Positions 1-8,480 of a DNA stretch of 64,000 nt are shown here, piece after piece; within the stretch, counting starts at the first letter, position 1; each line of letters begins with the position of its first letter. Below the pieces are notes generated by a model that saw only the letters and a program-made list of their open reading frames with translations, was not told the origin of the DNA and made no database searches. Source of the stretch: Clostridia bacterium. GTDB lineage: Bacteria; Bacillota; Clostridia; UMGS1883. Both the position numbers and the translations under genes were made by a program. The DNA lies in NCBI GenBank assembly GCA_045656645.1, contig JAZORN010000081.1, positions 490 through 64,489 on the forward strand. The letters are read 5' to 3'.

Positions 1-69
1 TGAAACTGTCTTTAATTCTGTTTTTGAAATGCTGTAGCAAATGTTTCCCTTTAGGATAAAACTGTTCAT
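1..69 (-). CDS. 5' end of a CDS running off the left edge (product unknown)
   Basis: ATG at 69..67 lies 9 nt downstream of AAAGGAGAGG. It translates as MNSFILKGNICYSISKTELKTVS and stays open to the window edge. It is too short for the ORF track. Confidence 0.45.
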   Translation of the reverse strand, partial: MNSFILKGNICYSISKTELKTVS

Positions 70-110
70 TTTCACTATCCTCTCCTTTAAATTTTCATCA
101 TATAAGTACC

Positions 111-151
111 TTTTTATTTTATCAAAACCGCTATGACAAACCTATGACAAA
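111..151. repeat. Copy 1 of a ~41-45 nt promoter/operator-like repeat containing the direct repeat TATGACAAAC-CTATGACAAA
   Basis: TTTTTATTTTATCAAAACCGCTATGACAAACCTATGACAAA recurs at 1377..1421 with a 4-nt insertion and 2 substitutions. On the minus strand it reads TTGTCATAGGTTTGTCATA followed by TTGATA-N17-TATGAT. Confidence 0.6.
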
Positions 152-541
152 TTCACGGATTTCTCCGTCAAAGTTGAGCTTTATACTTTTATCGTCACAC
201 GCTTCAATTTTGATTGTCGAAATAGTTTCTTCGGTAGTTTCAAAATACTCTATTGTTATGGTTTTGGTTTTGTCATCATAGGTATATCCTTCATTTAAGT
301 CCGAATCGTTTACGGGATTTCCGCAGGCACAATAGTAGACAAATGAGCCATCAGAGCCAAACCTTATGGTTTCAATATCATGATCTGCCTTTCTTGTCCA
401 TAAGGTGTCCGTAAATGAATACTCTGAGTAGTCAACCGTTTCGCCAATACTATTTTTCGCACAACCCAAAAGCAAAAAGAGAAGTACCGCTATTAACATA
501 AGTAATAAGTTTGATTTTATCTTTTTCATTTTTATTCTCAC
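131..541 (-). CDS. Small lipoprotein, function unknown
   Basis: The N-terminal signal peptide ends in the lipobox LLLGC. The start lies 3 nt after the upstream GNAT stop, so the two are probably co-transcribed. Confidence 0.7.
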   Translation of the reverse strand: MRIKMKKIKSNLLLMLIAVLLFLLLGCAKNSIGETVDYSEYSFTDTLWTRKADHDIETIRFGSDGSFVYYCACGNPVNDSDLNEGYTYDDKTKTITIEYFETTEETISTIKIEACDDKSIKLNFDGEIREFVIGLS

Positions 542-543
542 TC

Positions 544-1218
544 TTATCTGATATTTTGAGGTTCAGGTTTTCTCACCATCGCATAATGCATAACAGGACT
601 TTGGGGTATCAGTCCTTTCTTTGACAATTCAAATCCAAAATGCTCATACAATGAAACATTGATTTCTTTATTTGTTTCAAGATATGTAACTATATTTTCC
701 TTGTCACAGAATTCGAGCATAGGTCTTAGTAATTTGCCTGCAATACCTTTTCCCTGTGCACTTTTCTTAACGGAAAGATTATACAAATACCAATCTACAT
801 TTCCCGTAAATTCTTTTTTCAGATTCATTGCATAGGTTTCATATCTAAGAAGTCTTCCGATAATACGGGGTCCCGAATGAAATATAAGCTTCAACCCTCC
901 ATTTGTCAGGAAAGGCAGTGTTTTACTGCCGTCAAAGCCCATTGGAAGCCATACTGCAAAACCACTCAGCTCCTCACTATCGGCATAGATAACGGCATCA
1001 TCACTCATAGTCCTTAAAGATATTTCCATTATCTTTTCTGATATATATTCATCATATTTCCCGCCTGAAAACCAGTTGTGAAGCGGGTAATCACGATATG
1101 CATCGGCGGCAACTGACGCAAGCTCTTTTATTCTGCTTTTGGGCACAATATAGAGACCTGCTTTTTCTACTACTCTTTTTGCAAGAGGAAGTTCGATTTT
1201 TCTTACAAGATTATCCAT
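544..1218 (-). CDS. GNAT family N-acetyltransferase
   Basis: Acetyl-CoA binding signature AQGKGIAGKLL followed by a YEHFGF-type C-terminus. SD GAGGAG lies 9 nt upstream of the ATG. Confidence 0.8.
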   Translation of the reverse strand: MDNLVRKIELPLAKRVVEKAGLYIVPKSRIKELASVAADAYRDYPLHNWFSGGKYDEYISEKIMEISLRTMSDDAVIYADSEELSGFAVWLPMGFDGSKTLPFLTNGGLKLIFHSGPRIIGRLLRYETYAMNLKKEFTGNVDWYLYNLSVKKSAQGKGIAGKLLRPMLEFCDKENIVTYLETNKEINVSLYEHFGFELSKKGLIPQSPVMHYAMVRKPEPQNIR

Positions 1219-1224
1219 ACATTA

Positions 1225-1338
1225 TCACTCCTCATCGAGTATGTCGGAAAGCCCCGTCATCTCGAAAACCTCACGAACCATGTCGTTGACTTTTTCAATT
1301 CTGATGTAAGCGTGGGAGAAGAAACAAATATACTTTCC
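1225..1338 (-). pseudogene. Remnant of the C-terminus of a STAS-domain (anti-sigma antagonist-like) gene
   Basis: A 37-codon open frame, GKYICFFSHAYIRIEKVNDMVREVFEMTGLSDILDEE*, has no start codon and in-frame stops directly upstream. The VxxVFxMTGL motif resembles STAS C-termini. Confidence 0.35.
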
Positions 1339-1376
1339 TCAAAATTGATAGTATCAAGGCAAGGATCTTAAATACA

Positions 1377-1421
1377 TTTTTATTTTATATTATCAAACCC
1401 GATATGACAAACCTATGACAA
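1377..1421. repeat. Copy 2 of the TATGACAAACCTATGACAAA promoter/operator-like repeat
   Basis: TTTTTATTTTATATTATCAAACCCGATATGACAAACCTATGACAAA aligns with 111..151. Confidence 0.6.
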
Positions 1422-1477
1422 AGGAAAAAAATCATTATGCCTTCAGTTTTTTACGAAAGCATAATGATTTTAAAAGC

Positions 1478-1552
1478 AAATGGAAAATGTAAAATTATAG
1501 TAGGGAAATCGCCGTGCGATTCCCCTCTATTCGAACTTTCCATTTTCAATTT
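1478..1552. repeat. GC-rich hairpin flanked by inverted GAAAAT/ATTTTC-type arms (terminator-like module downstream of malQ)
   Basis: AAATGGAAAATGTAAAATT, then TAGGGAAATCGCCGTGCGATTCCCCT (imperfect stem GGGAAATCGC/GCGATTCCCC), then GAACTTTCCATTTTCAATTT. Confidence 0.5.
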
Positions 1553-1554
1553 AC

Positions 1555-3084
1555 TCATATCTCAAATCCGTCTGTGGTTCCGCCCAGCCTAGAGTACATT
1601 TTTGTCATTTCATAAATTTCTTCTGCAAGCTCTTTGTTAAGCTGCCCTTTTGTAAGCCGCCAACTCCAGTTTTTTCCCAATGTTGAAGGGGTGTTGATGC
1701 GTGCTTCGTCAGAAAGGTTGAGCCAATCCTGAATTGGGACTATGCACAGAAAGGAATCACTCCTCATAACGAGAGCGATAAGAGGTTTATAAAGCTTTTC
1801 TTCGGGTGTAAAACAATCCGCCAGATATTTGCGGACTGAATTTTTTTCCTCTTCCGATATGGTTTTAAGCCATGAAAAAAGAGTCTGGTTATCATGAGTT
1901 CCCGTATAGCAAACACTTTTTTCGGTATAGTTATGAGGAAGATAATCGTTTGAACTGCCTGTATCTCTTGAATCAAAGGCAAATTGAAGCACCTTCATTC
2001 CGGGAAAATCACATTTTTTGAGAAGGGCTTTTACCGAATCTGTTACAAAACCGAGGTCCTCGGCAATAATAAGTTTTTTTCCAAGCTCATTTTCTGCCGC
2101 TTTAAAAAGCTCCAATCCCGGAGCTTTTTTCCATTCTCCCTCTGTGGCATCGGGGCTTTCGCTTTTTATGGAGTAATATTCGTCAAATCCGCGGAAATGG
2201 TCTATACGAAGCGCATCGTATAAATTAAGGGCATATCGAAGCCTTTCTATCCACCAGCTGAAATTTGTTTTTTTATGATTTTCCCATGCGTACAAGGGAT
2301 TTCCCCACTTTTGCCCCTTTTCTGAAAACCCGTCAGGCGGGCAACCCGCAACAAAGGCAGGAGAAAGGTTTTCATCAAGCTGAAAAAGCGGCGGATTTGC
2401 CCACACATCAGCACTGTCATAAGAAACATAGATGGGTATATCTCCAATTATTGATATTCCCTTTTCGTTTGCATACCTTTTAAGACTTTCCCACTGAGAA
2501 TAAAACTTATATTGTATAAAACGTTGAAATAAAATTTCTTCATTAAGTTCTTTTTTTATCTTGATAATGGCAGAAGGCTTACGCAGGCGAATGTCTTCAG
2601 GCCATTCATTCCATACCTTATGATTGAATTTATTTTTCAGTGCCATGAAAACTGAGTAATCGTCAAGCCAGAAATCATTTTTTCCCGCAAATTCTAAATA
2701 ACCTTCGTCGCAGATAAAATCACTTCGGTCAAATGCCTTTTTCAAAAGAGAAAAACGGTTATCGTAAAGCCTTTTATAATCAATAAAGCTTTCATCTGTT
2801 GAAAAAGAAACGTTCTCACACTCTTCTTTTGATAAAATTCCCTCTTCAATAAGCTTTTTAAGGCTTATCATATAGGGATTTCCTGCATATGTTGAAAACG
2901 ACTGATACGGTGAATCCCCAAACCCCGTAGGACAAAGGGGTAAAATCTGCCAGAAGGACTGACCTGCAAGGTGAAGCCAGTCAACAAAGTCATATGCAGA
3001 TTTTGAAAAGCAGCCTATTCCATAATCTGACGGAAGCGAGGTTATAGGAAGCAAAATTCCGCTTTCACGCACGAAAATCACCAT
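1555..3084 (-). CDS. malQ: 4-alpha-glucanotransferase (amylomaltase, GH77)
   Basis: GH77 signatures are present: SGILLPITSLPS, GDIPIYVSYDSADVW, LRIDHFRGF, IAEDLG, YTGTHDN. Confidence 0.95.
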   Translation of the reverse strand: MVIFVRESGILLPITSLPSDYGIGCFSKSAYDFVDWLHLAGQSFWQILPLCPTGFGDSPYQSFSTYAGNPYMISLKKLIEEGILSKEECENVSFSTDESFIDYKRLYDNRFSLLKKAFDRSDFICDEGYLEFAGKNDFWLDDYSVFMALKNKFNHKVWNEWPEDIRLRKPSAIIKIKKELNEEILFQRFIQYKFYSQWESLKRYANEKGISIIGDIPIYVSYDSADVWANPPLFQLDENLSPAFVAGCPPDGFSEKGQKWGNPLYAWENHKKTNFSWWIERLRYALNLYDALRIDHFRGFDEYYSIKSESPDATEGEWKKAPGLELFKAAENELGKKLIIAEDLGFVTDSVKALLKKCDFPGMKVLQFAFDSRDTGSSNDYLPHNYTEKSVCYTGTHDNQTLFSWLKTISEEEKNSVRKYLADCFTPEEKLYKPLIALVMRSDSFLCIVPIQDWLNLSDEARINTPSTLGKNWSWRLTKGQLNKELAEEIYEMTKMYSRLGGTTDGFEI

Positions 3085-3895
3085 CCTTGTAAGTTAAAAG
3101 TATCGCATGATGGTCTGATATTTGTTTCTCGTTTTTTTCGTTAAAAACCGTATATGAGGACTCAATTTCCCTTTTGGTATCGGTAAAGATATAGTCTATT
3201 CTTTCAGCTTTGAAGCTCTCTTTATCCTTCCATCCGTCTATTTTTCCGACGGCGGTAATGCCGTCATCCTTTTTGTTGGCAAGCATAAAAGTATCGTACC
3301 ATCCCGAGGAAAGAATGCAGTCATATCCTTCGTTTCTTGTATCGGCGGGTGAATTGAAGTCCCCCATCAGCCACCTCGGTGTGCCGTGACGGGCTTTTTT
3401 ATTAAGCATTTCCCACTGGCTTAGAAATGGCTCCTCTTCATCGTCCCATCTGCCCATATGAACGTTATAAAACCATTCACCGCCTGCTTCTATTCCAAGC
3501 ACCATTCTTTTTTTCCAGTTCAGATTATTATTTGTGCCACTGATTAAAAAGGCGGTTTTTCCTTTAAGGGGCTTTTTACTGAGAAAACAAAGCCCCTCTT
3601 CAAAAACTTCAAAGCTCTTTTTTATACCAAGCCACGCAAAGTTATATAAGGCACCTTTTTCCTTAAGTGCTTTCATAACCCTTAATCCGTAATTATCTTT
3701 TTTAAGAGGAATACCAAAGCAGGCTGAGATGAAATCCCTCTCAGCGGTAAAAACTTCGCACGATGAATTCTGATTAACCTCCTGCATAGCTATAATATCA
3801 GGCTGAATCCGAAAAAGAGCATCTGTGAAAATTTCAAGCTTTTTTTCATAGTCTTTTTCTATATAACTGTGCAGATTTACAGTCATTATTTTCAC
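3065..3895 (-). CDS. mapP: Endonuclease/exonuclease/phosphatase family protein, probable maltose 6'-phosphate phosphatase (MapP-like)
   Basis: EEP-fold motifs are present (IIAMQEV near the N-terminus, SDHHAILL at the C-terminus). It lies directly downstream of a glucose/maltose-family PTS permease, as mapP does in Enterococcus. The start is GTG, 7 nt after AAGGAG. Confidence 0.65.
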   Translation of the reverse strand: MKIMTVNLHSYIEKDYEKKLEIFTDALFRIQPDIIAMQEVNQNSSCEVFTAERDFISACFGIPLKKDNYGLRVMKALKEKGALYNFAWLGIKKSFEVFEEGLCFLSKKPLKGKTAFLISGTNNNLNWKKRMVLGIEAGGEWFYNVHMGRWDDEEEPFLSQWEMLNKKARHGTPRWLMGDFNSPADTRNEGYDCILSSGWYDTFMLANKKDDGITAVGKIDGWKDKESFKAERIDYIFTDTKREIESSYTVFNEKNEKQISDHHAILLTYKDGDFRA

Positions 3896-3906
3896 TTTAA
3901 TACTCC

Positions 3907-6027
3907 TTATAAAATATCATTGATATCAGACTTAAGAACGTCTGCCTTAGGTCCGTAAACTGCCTGAATACCCGTTCCTTTCTTTATAAGGCTCAGAGCA
4001 CCTTCCTTTTTCCATTCATCTGCATCTTTTACCTTATCGGCATCCTTTACTGTTATGCGAAGCCTTGTCATGCAGGCATCAACAAGTGATATATTCTCTC
4101 TTCCGCCTAAAAGGGCTATAATTCTTTCTGCCTGTGAATCTTTCACCGAAGATGATGATGAAGAATTTTCACCTTCGTCATTATCTGCAAAGTTTCCGAG
4201 CCGCCCCGGGGTGGCATATCTGAATTTCCCTATCATGAAATACGAAACAAAATAACCTATACCAAAAAATATGATAACGGCAAGAATAAAGTTTATAACA
4301 TCTCCTCCAAGCCCTGCCTTAAGGGAAATGGGAAGTCTTGTTAAAAGCTCAATATTTCCAAACGAATGGAGTCTCAGATTTACCACACCTGCCGCCGCAA
4401 ACGCAAGCCCCTGCAAAATCGCATACACAATATAAAGAGGAATTGCACAGAACATAAACATAAATTCAAGCGGCTCGGTAACGCCCGTAAGAAATACTGC
4501 AAGTGCCGCTGAAATAAACATTGATTTATAACGTGCACGTCTGTCTTTATCAATACGCAGGTACATTGCAAGTGCAATACCCATCACAAGCCCTGAGGAA
4601 CCAATCATCTGCCCTACCTTAAAGCGTGCGGGAGTAATCGTTGTGAACAGATTGTTATATGCGGCTGTGTCGCCTGCGTTTTTAAGATTGATAAGGTCTG
4701 TAACCCATGCAAGCCATAACGGGTCCTGACCGAACACCGTTGTTCCTGCGTTCACCCCTGTCTGAATAAGATAGGTTCCGCCGAAAGAGGTATAGTTCAT
4801 GGGAATTGTAAGCATATGATGAAGCCCAAACGGGAGAAGAAGCCTTTCAAGAGTTCCATAAATAAACGGAGCAAAAACGGGCGAGGTTGAAGCGGAGCTT
4901 GCAATCCAAACACCAAACGAATTTATACCGAGCTGAATTATCGGCCATACGATTGCAAATATAACTGCAACGATAAAGGACCACAGAATTACCACAATCG
5001 GCACAAAACGTTTTCCGTTGAAAAAGGAAAGCGCATCGGGAAGCTTTCTGAAATTATAGTATTTGTTATAGACTATTCCACCCACAAATCCTGCAACTAT
5101 TCCCGAAAAAACACCCATATTAAGTGCGGGCGAGCCGAGAACGGAGGTGAAATATCCGTTTACGGAAATTTCCTGACCGAAAAGAGTTCGGGTCACGGCA
5201 TCAGCATCACTGAGCATTTCGGGAGTAACTCTGAAAATATTTCCCGTTATATTGTTAATAAGGATAAAAGCAAGCACGCCGGCAAATGCACCGCCTGCAC
5301 GCTCCTTTGCCCAGGAGCCACCTATTGCTGCGGCAAAAAGAATGTTGAGGTTTCCGATAACTGCCCAGCCTATATTTTCAAGAATGGTGCTAAAGGTTGA
5401 AACAAAGGGAATATCTGTTCCAATCATTGAAAGAAGCTTACCTATACTTATGGCAATTCCTGCAGCGGGCATAACGGCAATAACTACCATGAGAACTTTA
5501 CCGAGCTTCTGAAGAAAGTCAAAGGTTGAGTCTTTCCTGCTTTTTTTCGGCTCTTCTACGGCTGATAAATCGGTAATTTTAATTAAGTCGGTTTTTCCTG
5601 CCTCGGAAAAGTCAGAAGCTTTTTCAAGCTTTATATTGTCGGGTGCATCACACACAATAACGGATGTTATGGGGTTTAATCCTTCTTCTTTAAGAACATC
5701 TAAATCAACCTCTGCAACGGGTGTGCCTCTTTTTACCTTATCACCCGCCTTAACAAGTGCTTTAAATCCCTTGCCTTTAAGCTTCACTGTGTCAAGTCCG
5801 ATATGAACAAGGATATTAAGCCCGTCATCAGATTTAAACGTATATGCGTGAAGAGAGTCAGAAACAGAAACTACCTCTCCGTTTACGGGGCTTACAATTT
5901 TTCCGTTATCAGGGATTACGGCAACTCCGTCACCAAGAATTTTTTTGGAAAAAACTTCGTCGGGAACATCTTTCAGATTTACCGTTTTCCCCGTTACGGG
6001 GGCAGTTATTCTGAATTCGTTATTCAT
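3907..6027 (-). CDS. PTS glucose/maltose-family permease, fused EIIA-EIIC-EIIB
   Basis: There is an N-terminal EIIA-Glc domain (GDGVAV...VHIGLDTV), a central multi-TM EIIC, and a C-terminal EIIB with ACMTRLR. I prefer the ATG at 6027 (MNNEF) because AAGGAG lies upstream; the track start is 6063. Confidence 0.9.
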   Translation of the reverse strand: MNNEFRITAPVTGKTVNLKDVPDEVFSKKILGDGVAVIPDNGKIVSPVNGEVVSVSDSLHAYTFKSDDGLNILVHIGLDTVKLKGKGFKALVKAGDKVKRGTPVAEVDLDVLKEEGLNPITSVIVCDAPDNIKLEKASDFSEAGKTDLIKITDLSAVEEPKKSRKDSTFDFLQKLGKVLMVVIAVMPAAGIAISIGKLLSMIGTDIPFVSTFSTILENIGWAVIGNLNILFAAAIGGSWAKERAGGAFAGVLAFILINNITGNIFRVTPEMLSDADAVTRTLFGQEISVNGYFTSVLGSPALNMGVFSGIVAGFVGGIVYNKYYNFRKLPDALSFFNGKRFVPIVVILWSFIVAVIFAIVWPIIQLGINSFGVWIASSASTSPVFAPFIYGTLERLLLPFGLHHMLTIPMNYTSFGGTYLIQTGVNAGTTVFGQDPLWLAWVTDLINLKNAGDTAAYNNLFTTITPARFKVGQMIGSSGLVMGIALAMYLRIDKDRRARYKSMFISAALAVFLTGVTEPLEFMFMFCAIPLYIVYAILQGLAFAAAGVVNLRLHSFGNIELLTRLPISLKAGLGGDVINFILAVIIFFGIGYFVSYFMIGKFRYATPGRLGNFADNDEGENSSSSSSVKDSQAERIIALLGGRENISLVDACMTRLRITVKDADKVKDADEWKKEGALSLIKKGTGIQAVYGPKADVLKSDINDIL

Positions 6028-8305
6028 GATTTTCTTCTCCTTTAAGCTTCCAGATTTGTTCATTGTATTCTTTTATGGTACGGTCAGAGGAAAAATAACC
6101 TGCATTTGCTATATTTATAAGCATTTTTCTTGCCCAGGAAAGGCTGTCCTCATAGTCTGAAAGGGCTGTTTCCTTAACCTTAAGATAGTCATCAAAATCG
6201 GGAAATGTCATAAACCAGTCTTTATTGATAAGCTCATTTTTAAGCCTTTCAAGGCTTTCTTTGCTTCCCGTTTTTAATAGCTCTTTGCCCGTAATAAAAT
6301 CAACTGCGCGAGCTATTTTAGGGTTGGATTTATAATATTCAAGCGGGGAATAATCACCCTTTTTGTATTTTCTGATTACCTCTTCGCTGTCACGCCCGAA
6401 AATATAAATGTTTTCATCGCCCACAAGCTTGTGAATTTCCAGATTGGCACCGTCTTCTGTACCGAGAGTAACAGCCCCGTTAAGCATAAGCTTCATATTT
6501 CCCGTTCCGCTTGCCTCCTTTGATGCAAGAGAAATCTGCTCTGAAATATCACATGCGGGGATGATCTTCTGCGCCCATGTCACATTATAATTTTCAATCA
6601 TTACAATATTGAGATGCTTTGCCGCCTCGCTGTCTTTTTTTACAACATCCGCCATGCAGAGGATAAGGTGAATAATATCCTTTGCAATTGTATATGCAGG
6701 GGCTGCCTTCGCCCCAAAAATTGCCGTTATCGGTCTTTGAGGGATTTTCCCTTCTTTTATTTCGAGGTATTTATCTATCAGATAAAGGATATTAAGCTGT
6801 TGCCTTTTGTATTCGTGAAGCCTTTTTATCTGTATGTCAAAAACAGAATTTTCGTCGATTATCTGACCTTGTGTGCGGAAAATACTGTCCTTAAGCTTAA
6901 GCTTGTTTTTGTGCTTTATCTCAACAAGTCTTTTAAGAACATTTTCATCGTTTTTAAAGTATTCAAGCTTTTTTAAAAGCGAAGAATCCTTCCTGAAATC
7001 CTCGCCTATAAGCGAGGCTATGAATTTGTCAAGCTCCGGATTGGATTCTGTAAGCCATCGGCGGAATGTAATGCCGTTGGTTTTGTTGTTAAATCTCTGC
7101 GGATATATTTTATAGAAGGAATTAAGCTCGCTGTGCTTTAATATCTCGGTATGCAGAAATGCAACGCCATTTGTGCTGAAACTGTAGTGTATGGCAATAT
7201 GCGCCATATGCACTCTGTTTTCTTCGTCTATGATATACACGTTGCTGTCCTTATATTTTTGACGCACCTTTTTATCGAGCATCTCTATTATCGGCACAAG
7301 GTGATTAACGGTATTTTTAAGAAATTCAAGCGGCCATTTTTCAAGCGCCTCGGCAAGTATTGTGTGATTTGTATAGGCACAGGTTTGCGTTACAATTTTT
7401 ATTGCTTCGTCAGGCGATATACCCCTTTGTGTCAGAAGGCGGATAAACTCGGGAATAATCAGTGCGGGATGTGTGTCATTAATCTGAATAACGGCATATT
7501 CGGAAAGATTGTGCAAATCACATCCTCGTTCCTCACATTCCTTTAAAATAAGCTGTGCGGCATTGCTTACCATAAAATATTGCTGATAAATACGAAGATA
7601 ACGCCCGCTTTCATCGCTGTCATCAGGATATAAAAACAGAGTGAGGTTTTTTTCAATATCTTTTTTGTCATACTCTGTCCCGCTTTTTATTATGGATTCA
7701 TCTACGCTTTGTATATCGAAAAGGTGAAGCTTGTTGGTGTAACCGTCATCACCGATAATATCTATATCATAAAGAACGGAGCTTACATCAGTGTTCTTGA
7801 AATGAATGCAAAAGGAGGTATCGGTGCGTTTAAGAAAACCCGTTTCATTAATCCACGGGTTTATTTCCTCTGTCTGCAGTTTTTCCTTGAAAACCTGCCT
7901 GAAAAGCCCGAAATGATACAAAAGCCCTATCCCGTCACCGCAAAGTTTAAGTGATGCAACAGAATCAAGAAAGCATGCGGCAAGTCTCCCCAGACCGCCG
8001 TTCCCGAGAGACGGCTCAGGCTCAAGCTCTTCAATTTCAGCAAGATTTTTTCCGTTCTTTTCAAGGATAGATTTTACTTCATCATAAATTCCCAGATTAG
8101 TAAGATTATTTATAAGTAGCTTTCCAATTAAAAATTCGGAACAAACATAGTAAAGCTTTTTCTTTGTACTTGTACTTGTATTTGTGCTTACACGGCGGTT
8201 GTATCCGTTTGTAAGAACGCTAAGCGCCCTGTAAAGCTCCTCGTTACTGCATTCGCTTATCTTCTTTTTACATATCTCTTCAAGCTGTGCTGATATAGTC
8301 ATCAT
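6020..8305 (-). CDS. glgP: Glycogen/maltodextrin phosphorylase (GT35)
   Basis: 761 aa with the pyridoxal-phosphate site EASGTGNMKLMLNGA and the GNGGLGRLAACFLDS motif. Confidence 0.95.
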   Translation of the reverse strand: MMTISAQLEEICKKKISECSNEELYRALSVLTNGYNRRVSTNTSTSTKKKLYYVCSEFLIGKLLINNLTNLGIYDEVKSILEKNGKNLAEIEELEPEPSLGNGGLGRLAACFLDSVASLKLCGDGIGLLYHFGLFRQVFKEKLQTEEINPWINETGFLKRTDTSFCIHFKNTDVSSVLYDIDIIGDDGYTNKLHLFDIQSVDESIIKSGTEYDKKDIEKNLTLFLYPDDSDESGRYLRIYQQYFMVSNAAQLILKECEERGCDLHNLSEYAVIQINDTHPALIIPEFIRLLTQRGISPDEAIKIVTQTCAYTNHTILAEALEKWPLEFLKNTVNHLVPIIEMLDKKVRQKYKDSNVYIIDEENRVHMAHIAIHYSFSTNGVAFLHTEILKHSELNSFYKIYPQRFNNKTNGITFRRWLTESNPELDKFIASLIGEDFRKDSSLLKKLEYFKNDENVLKRLVEIKHKNKLKLKDSIFRTQGQIIDENSVFDIQIKRLHEYKRQQLNILYLIDKYLEIKEGKIPQRPITAIFGAKAAPAYTIAKDIIHLILCMADVVKKDSEAAKHLNIVMIENYNVTWAQKIIPACDISEQISLASKEASGTGNMKLMLNGAVTLGTEDGANLEIHKLVGDENIYIFGRDSEEVIRKYKKGDYSPLEYYKSNPKIARAVDFITGKELLKTGSKESLERLKNELINKDWFMTFPDFDDYLKVKETALSDYEDSLSWARKMLINIANAGYFSSDRTIKEYNEQIWKLKGEENHE

Positions 8306-8415
8306 ATACCCCCGTTAAATAGCAATTATTATAGTTATTATTTCTATAAATTTTTATTTAATGCATTACCTATCAATTACATCACAACAATGTTAATTTT
8401 TTCTTTCCTCTTTTC

Positions 8416-8444
8416 TTGACCTTTTATAAGATATGATGTATAAT
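8416..8444 (+). promoter_or_regulatory. Sigma-A type promoter upstream of nadK
   Basis: TTGACC (8416-8421), a 17-nt spacer, then TATAAT (8439-8444). Confidence 0.5.
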
Positions 8445-8480
8445 TATACAGAATATGAGAAAATGCAGAGGTGATTTTAT

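Noticed and set aside
8306-8415. A cre site or LacI/MalR operator in the maltose operon promoter region.
   Set aside because: I found no convincing match to the cre consensus (no central CG within a TGnAA..TTnCA palindrome) and no 14- to 16-bp palindrome. Regulation of the operon remains unassigned.
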